Shown here piece by piece: positions 22,517 through 27,097 of a DNA stretch of 27,097 nucleotides. Within the stretch, counting starts at the first letter, position 1. Every line of letters starts with the position of its first letter. The DNA comes from a virus. Its lineage: Duplodnaviria; Heunggongvirae; Uroviricota; Caudoviricetes. A program made the position numbers and the translations under genes. The stretch is taken from IMG/VR virus record IMGVR_UViG_3300021963_000024. One strand, 5' to 3'. The notes beneath the pieces were generated by a model. That model ran no database searches. It was not told where the DNA came from and saw only the letters and a list, made by a program, of their open reading frames with translations.

Positions 22517-24199
22517 TTATTCTATGGTTAATTCAACTTTTTTACCGGCACCATCTACTGCATCTGCCAATACAAAGAAGAATAAACCAGCCGTATTTGT
22601 TAATTCTCCCTTTGGTGCAAATACTAATTTATATGGTATACCCGTTTTGATTCTAGCCGTTTTTAATTGGTCAATTGAACCAAATGTCAATCTACCATTT
22701 TCTTTTGTTGAGAAGTTGGTAATTGTTGAACCCGCATCAAATATTACATTTTCTAATTCTAATTTCGTAGAATCATAATTCATTACAACCTGTAAACCCG
22801 CCAATCCTTCTTTTGTCAATGCACCGGTTAATACAACCTTACCACCCTCTAATTTAGAAACGATAGATAATTTTGCAGTCTCCGCTGTTTTATTTTCATA
22901 AACATTAGTAGAATATGAAGTCATTGCCATAGTTTTAATAGTAGCAACATCAGATGATCCAGGATTAGCTGCATTTGTGTAAATACCACTTGCTATTCTA
23001 GCTGCTACCGTATCAGGATGAGATGAATGTGACCAATCTAAATCACCACCCCATGCAAATACAGCATTTACAGTCTGTGCAGGTTGTGTTACATATACTC
23101 TATATTTAGAAGTTCCATCTAACCAACTCTGGTTTAACAAACCACTATGCCATCTCCACGAAGTTGCTGTTGATGTTGGAACAAATGCATTTGCCGATAC
23201 GTCTTGCCCCATCACATATGCAAATGAATAGTATGCATCTGCTTCGGTAAATGTCATATCATTTTTTGTAATATTACCTATTTTCTTTTCAAAATTTGGA
23301 CGAGTGAAAAATGTAGGAACACCACTTAAATCAGTTTGAGAAACACCCAAAAATGATTTATATGCATCCGATACGGTTATTACATTATTCATCCAAGTCT
23401 TTTGTGAAGCGGGTGATACAAATACACCCAACGAATCACCAACTTTAATACCCGAAGTGAATAGAGCTTCGCCACTTGCATCCAATGCTCTTTGTGCAAT
23501 CGGTTGTTGTGACCAATCAATATCACCGGTTCCATCATTTTTCAATCTCATTAATTGAACATTGTGGTCTGTAATTGTATATCCATTTGGAAATAAAACT
23601 CTCACCTTAAAGAAAGAAGTATTACCCGTAACCCCTGTAATGGATAATGGTCCAGATGTTGTTTTTACAAACGGAATGTTATTACCCGTTGCACTATCTA
23701 ATGCGTATGATAAATCTAATTTGTGAAAATTTTCATAAACATTTTGGTCTTTAAGAATATATTTTTGGGTTGCTATTACACCATTCACACTTTGGTCTGC
23801 TCTTTGAATTGCCAATTGGCCAACATTCCAATCTGCATTTACTGCATATCCCCAAGGAGTTGCACTATATTGTGCATATAATGAAGTATCTGATATGTTT
23901 GCAGCTGCAGTAAACTTATAGTTATTCCAACTTGTATAATATGTTTGAGATTGATTACCTTGTGAAAATGTGGTAGAAAGGTAAGTCAACGCCTTATTAT
24001 TATATTGATATCTCAACCAAAAATAACGTGGTTTAGTTGTTCCTTTATCTACATTATAAGTTACTGTGATGGTATCACCAACTTTATAAGGTCCAGTAGA
24101 AATTGATTGATTAACTATGATTTGTCCAAAAGACGAAAGGGATACCATCAATAATACCCCTAAAATACTTAATAATTTTTTCATATTATTTTTTTTCAA
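22517..24199 (-). CDS. Exported multidomain protein with cohesin-like ends and a dockerin-like middle; paralog of 20224-22515
   Basis: Signal peptide; LRYQYNNKAL, TVSDAY, FTEADAY, WGGDLDWSHS, GLQVVMNYDSTKL. Confidence 0.65.
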   Translation of the reverse strand: MKKNNMKKLLSILGVLLMVSLSSFGQIIVNQSISTGPYKVGDTITVTYNVDKGTTKPRYFWLRYQYNNKALTYLSTTFSQGNQSQTYYTSWNNYKFTAAANISDTSLYAQYSATPWGYAVNADWNVGQLAIQRADQSVNGVIATQKYILKDQNVYENFHKLDLSYALDSATGNNIPFVKTTSGPLSITGVTGNTSFFKVRVLFPNGYTITDHNVQLMRLKNDGTGDIDWSQQPIAQRALDASGEALFTSGIKVGDSLGVFVSPASQKTWMNNVITVSDAYKSFLGVSQTDLSGVPTFFTRPNFEKKIGNITKNDMTFTEADAYYSFAYVMGQDVSANAFVPTSTATSWRWHSGLLNQSWLDGTSKYRVYVTQPAQTVNAVFAWGGDLDWSHSSHPDTVAARIASGIYTNAANPGSSDVATIKTMAMTSYSTNVYENKTAETAKLSIVSKLEGGKVVLTGALTKEGLAGLQVVMNYDSTKLELENVIFDAGSTITNFSTKENGRLTFGSIDQLKTARIKTGIPYKLVFAPKGELTNTAGLFFFVLADAVDGAGKKVELTIE

Positions 24200-24839
24200 A
24201 AAGTTTTGTTATTAGTTTATCTGCTGCTTTTTTAAGTGCGTTTGATAACGAAGTTTGATTGAATTTACCACCCTGGTCAACAATAAGTGTAGACATGGAA
24301 ATTTCTGATGATGATTCTTCAACCATTACCTCTTTTTCTTTTTTGCCATCTTTATAAAGGATACCCTTCATTCTGATAACAACTTCTTCTTCCCCTTTAT
24401 GAAATACTGAAATGTTTGTCTTTGTAGTTAAGACATCTAAATATACAATTTCTACTTTAAGTTTTTGCGTAGCATCAGGAGATAAATTATAATTTTTATC
24501 CTGTAAATATTCTTCTAATACATTCTTAACACCAAATTCCAAATTACGGTTTCCCGCCAATTTACCAATCTTTACTTTGTTTTCTACACTTTCAACCCAA
24601 ATGTGTTCATCTGCGTTATACCAAATGTTTTCTGGTGAATTTTTAAATGTTCCATCAATTCTCCATGAAATTTCATTTGCAATATCTGTTGCAAGATTTT
24701 CATTTCCACTAAATTGAAGGATTACAAAAAAGACTTGGAATAAAAACGCAAGTCCAATGAATGCTAAAAATGGAGCTAGTATAAAATATATAGCTCTTTC
24801 CTTAAGGCCTAATGCCAGTGCTGTTACTTTTTGTCTCAT
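24186..24839 (-). CDS. Membrane-anchored protein, paralog of the CsgG-like gene
   Basis: N-terminal TM; KFNQTSLSNALKKA matches KFNQSTISIATKKA of 15857-16576. Confidence 0.65.
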   Translation of the reverse strand: MRQKVTALALGLKERAIYFILAPFLAFIGLAFLFQVFFVILQFSGNENLATDIANEISWRIDGTFKNSPENIWYNADEHIWVESVENKVKIGKLAGNRNLEFGVKNVLEEYLQDKNYNLSPDATQKLKVEIVYLDVLTTKTNISVFHKGEEEVVIRMKGILYKDGKKEKEVMVEESSSEISMSTLIVDQGGKFNQTSLSNALKKAADKLITKLFEKK

Positions 24840-24894
24840 AAATGGTTATTCTCTTACATAAATATAAGATTATAACCAAAACCTATGATTAAAG

Positions 24895-25071
24895 TTAGTT
24901 TTCTTTTCTAGTAAAAGTATGGTGTATAGGTGTCCACAAACAATAAACCCCAACTGCTTCTAAAAAATTCAGTTTAAATGGTAAGTTTATTAATTGTGTT
25001 ACATATGATATCGCCAATCCAACAATACAAGTAACTAATAAAATGTTTAATAATATTTTAAATTTTTCCAT
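24895..25071 (-). CDS. Small two-TM protein (58 aa, not in ORF track)
   Basis: MEKFKILLNILLVTCIVGLAISYVTQLINLPFKLNFLEAVGVYCLWTPIHHTFTRKEN. Confidence 0.6.
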   Translation of the reverse strand: MEKFKILLNILLVTCIVGLAISYVTQLINLPFKLNFLEAVGVYCLWTPIHHTFTRKEN

Positions 25072-25075
25072 AAAT

Positions 25076-25107
25076 CTAATATAAGAATATTTTTTGAATA
25101 AACCAAA
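25076..25107 (-). promoter_or_regulatory. Bacteroidetes-type promoter variant
   Basis: TTTG-N20-TATATTAG. Confidence 0.55.
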
Positions 25108-25134
25108 TAAAAAAGGGAGTATTTAACTCCCTTT
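25108..25134 (-). terminator. Intrinsic terminator after the endolysin
   Basis: AAAGGGAGT-TAAAT-ACTCCCTTT plus T-tract. Confidence 0.8.
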
Positions 25135-25137
25135 CTT

Positions 25138-25971
25138 TTATGCTAATAAATGATAGTATTCTTTAAAGTGTTTGATACGGTCTGCTAATCCAATAGTTCC
25201 ACCATTTACTCTCTTAGTAATAGATGTTACTACTACATCACTTGCACCACCATCAGCCATTTTGTTCAATCCATTTTTAGACCAGAACCATGCTGCCGAT
25301 AATAATGCGTGCTTTCCACTAACTATATCAGGGTTATTTGCAATATCTTCTCCGATTGCTTTACCAAATTCAGTATAGTTTGCTCTACCTGTTAATTGGA
25401 TATATCCTCTACCACGAAACTTAAAGCCATCCCCACTAGCCTCATCACCATTACTCATACGATTTGCATATACTTTGTTTGCAATCTTTTGTGGTTGTCT
25501 AGCGTAGGATGCTGCTGCAGCTTCAGTTGGGAAATATTTCTTAAATATACCATTCAAACCTTTTGCTGAATAGTTTAAATTCTCTTGTGTTACTCTAAAT
25601 CCACCACTTTCATGTCCACATTGTGCTAAGAAGTGTGCTAATCTTAATGGAGTGTTGATTTGGAATTTGGCCGCTGTATCGGGAATCATTTGGATAACTG
25701 CATCAGGAACATGTCCTTTTAATGCATCCAATTTCAAACCACCAACAGGTACAATCGGTGCAGGTGGTGGCGGTGGTGGAGTATTCTCTCCCATAATCAT
25801 CGCCCACGTTTTATCACCAACAATACCATCGGCAGTTAATCCGTGCTTTGCTTGAAATTCTTTTACTGCTGCTTCGGTTTTTGGACCAAAGTTAGTTACT
25901 GCAGGAGAAATTCCTAACTTCTCTTGCATTAATTTTACGTTCTCGTTGTTATCTCCTTTTTTAAGTAGCAT
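25138..25971 (-). CDS. Endolysin: peptidoglycan-binding domain plus GH19 lysozyme; likely start MLLKKGD
   Basis: LKKGD...FGPKTEAAVKEFQ...LTADGIVGDKTW; FLAQCGHESGGF, FRGRGYIQLTGRANY, VNGG. Confidence 0.93.
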   Translation of the reverse strand: MLLKKGDNNENVKLMQEKLGISPAVTNFGPKTEAAVKEFQAKHGLTADGIVGDKTWAMIMGENTPPPPPPAPIVPVGGLKLDALKGHVPDAVIQMIPDTAAKFQINTPLRLAHFLAQCGHESGGFRVTQENLNYSAKGLNGIFKKYFPTEAAAASYARQPQKIANKVYANRMSNGDEASGDGFKFRGRGYIQLTGRANYTEFGKAIGEDIANNPDIVSGKHALLSAAWFWSKNGLNKMADGGASDVVVTSITKRVNGGTIGLADRIKHFKEYYHLLA

Positions 25972-25999
25972 GATTATATAGTTTCTTATAAATATAAAA

Positions 26000-27004
26000 C
26001 TATTTAGTAATCGGTTGTGGTCCTCCACCTGCTCCAGTATCTGCTTTTTTAGCTCTAATACCGATTGCTTCTGCGAATGCATTTGAGCGTTTTACCAATG
26101 GTTCAATTGGTTCATCAATTACTCTAACATTCATTGGGATTTGATTATCTGGGTTTGCTGCATTATGTGCTACAACTGCCGCCCATCTGTGGTGACCATC
26201 TAATACATATCCATCATTGGAAACATATATAGGTGCTGTAATTTTTTCATATGCAGGATGATTAGGGTCTGCTAATACTTTACTCATTCCTGCTACCTTA
26301 ACGCCGACAAGCTCACTTTGTGTTGCTTTTAAACGGTCTGGTGGAACTGCTGCTGGTTCTGAAACTTTGATACCTTGTTTATTCAACATTTCTTTAAAAA
26401 ATTCTTCGGTATCTGCTTCACCATTTTCATCCTTTGGTAGTTTATCCGCAGGTGATCCTGGTTCAGGTGTTCCTTTGAATTGTGGCATATCCTCTCTTGG
26501 AATTCCTTTGTTTCCATCACAATATAGGTTAGTACCTGGAACAGTTACTTGACACAAATTAAAGTTAGGTGCTTTTTCACCTTTCTCTTTTGCTTGCTTA
26601 CCTAAATCGGCAAGTTTATCTATAATAGTGGAAATTTGTTGTCTTTCAATAGGTGCAACGGCTGATAATGGTTTTCTGTTAAAGTCTGCGTTTGGCATTA
26701 AATCCTTTAACATTGGAATATCGGTTTTTCCATTCGTAGGTTTTTCAGCTGCTGTTTTGAAATCCGATGCTGCTACCTTTTGCCCTTTTTGTGGTTGCCC
26801 TTGTGGTTGTTGTGGGGTAGGTTTTTGAGATGGTTGTTCACCTTTTGGAAGTTTTCCACCATTTGCTGCTTTGGCTTTATCAACTTCGGCAGGAGTAGGT
26901 TTGTCATGTTTAGATGGGTCAAAATTCTTAACCACATAAACATTACCTGTTTTTTTGTTTTTTACAACAACCTCTTCCTTTAAAAGGTCTCTTAACTTTA
27001 TCAT
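26000..27004 (-). CDS. ParB/Srx-like domain protein; likely start MIKLRDLLKE
   Basis: LKATQSEL...PIYVSNDGYVLDGHHRWAA; P/Q-rich linker. Confidence 0.75.
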   Translation of the reverse strand: MIKLRDLLKEEVVVKNKKTGNVYVVKNFDPSKHDKPTPAEVDKAKAANGGKLPKGEQPSQKPTPQQPQGQPQKGQKVAASDFKTAAEKPTNGKTDIPMLKDLMPNADFNRKPLSAVAPIERQQISTIIDKLADLGKQAKEKGEKAPNFNLCQVTVPGTNLYCDGNKGIPREDMPQFKGTPEPGSPADKLPKDENGEADTEEFFKEMLNKQGIKVSEPAAVPPDRLKATQSELVGVKVAGMSKVLADPNHPAYEKITAPIYVSNDGYVLDGHHRWAAVVAHNAANPDNQIPMNVRVIDEPIEPLVKRSNAFAEAIGIRAKKADTGAGGGPQPITK

Positions 27005-27005
27005 A

Positions 27006-27097
27006 TTATCTACCCTGTCCTCTATATTGTTTTGGTTTTGGAGTATGTTTGTTATAACTCTTTGTACCAGAACCTGGACCAGTTTTTCTCTTGCCAA
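27006..27097 (-). CDS. 3' end of a small basic protein (...KSYNKHTPKPKQYRGQGR)
   Basis: Open frame from the window edge to TAA at 27006, one nt before the next ATG. Confidence 0.6.
   Translation of the reverse strand, partial: GKRKTGPGSGTKSYNKHTPKPKQYRGQGR

Noticed and set aside
27005-27097. N-terminal extension of the 365-aa ORF (TTG start at the edge)
   Set aside because: This stretch encodes the end of a separate gene in another frame; ATG at 27004 is the likelier start. Similar over-extended starts were trimmed for 12221, 17381 and 25138
1-27097. Bacterial chromosome or integrated prophage origin
   Set aside because: Single-strand gene packing, endolysin, RNA-repair genes and a tRNA/tmRNA array without rRNA or housekeeping genes indicate a large phage; no integrase or host junction is visible

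Overview
AT-rich segment of a large tailed-phage genome; every credible gene is on the - strand. The host is very probably Bacteroidota: eight promoters read TTTG-N20-TATATT(T/A)(G/A), the Bacteroidetes -33/-7 type. Left half (1-12 kb) is a translation/RNA island. It holds an RNA-repair cluster (Rnl2/DRB0094-type ligase, P-loop kinase, metallophosphoesterase, HAD phosphatase) and 26 near-canonical tRNAs covering all 20 amino acids. It also holds a tmRNA, three tRNA-like RNAs with hairpins inserted in the D-loop, several structured spacer RNAs and an ~850-nt ORF-free, hairpin-dense RNA that fits GOLLD. The best candidate for a new system is a 52-codon leader ORF using all 20 amino acids, which overlaps an antiterminator for an intrinsic terminator abutting the first tRNA of the array: an apparent attenuator sensing general tRNA supply. 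Right half (12-27 kb) encodes an AdoMet decarboxylase-like proenzyme and a PlcP-like phosphoesterase next to a GT2 glycosyltransferase. It also carries a run of exported or membrane proteins (nuclease, beta-barrel-like protein, two CsgG-like paralogs, two T9SS-CTD-like lipoproteins, two cohesin/dockerin-like proteins, one with a C-type lectin domain), a PGBD-GH19 endolysin and a ParB-like protein. All assignments are by eye from motifs and base pairing; no searches or folding programs were run.
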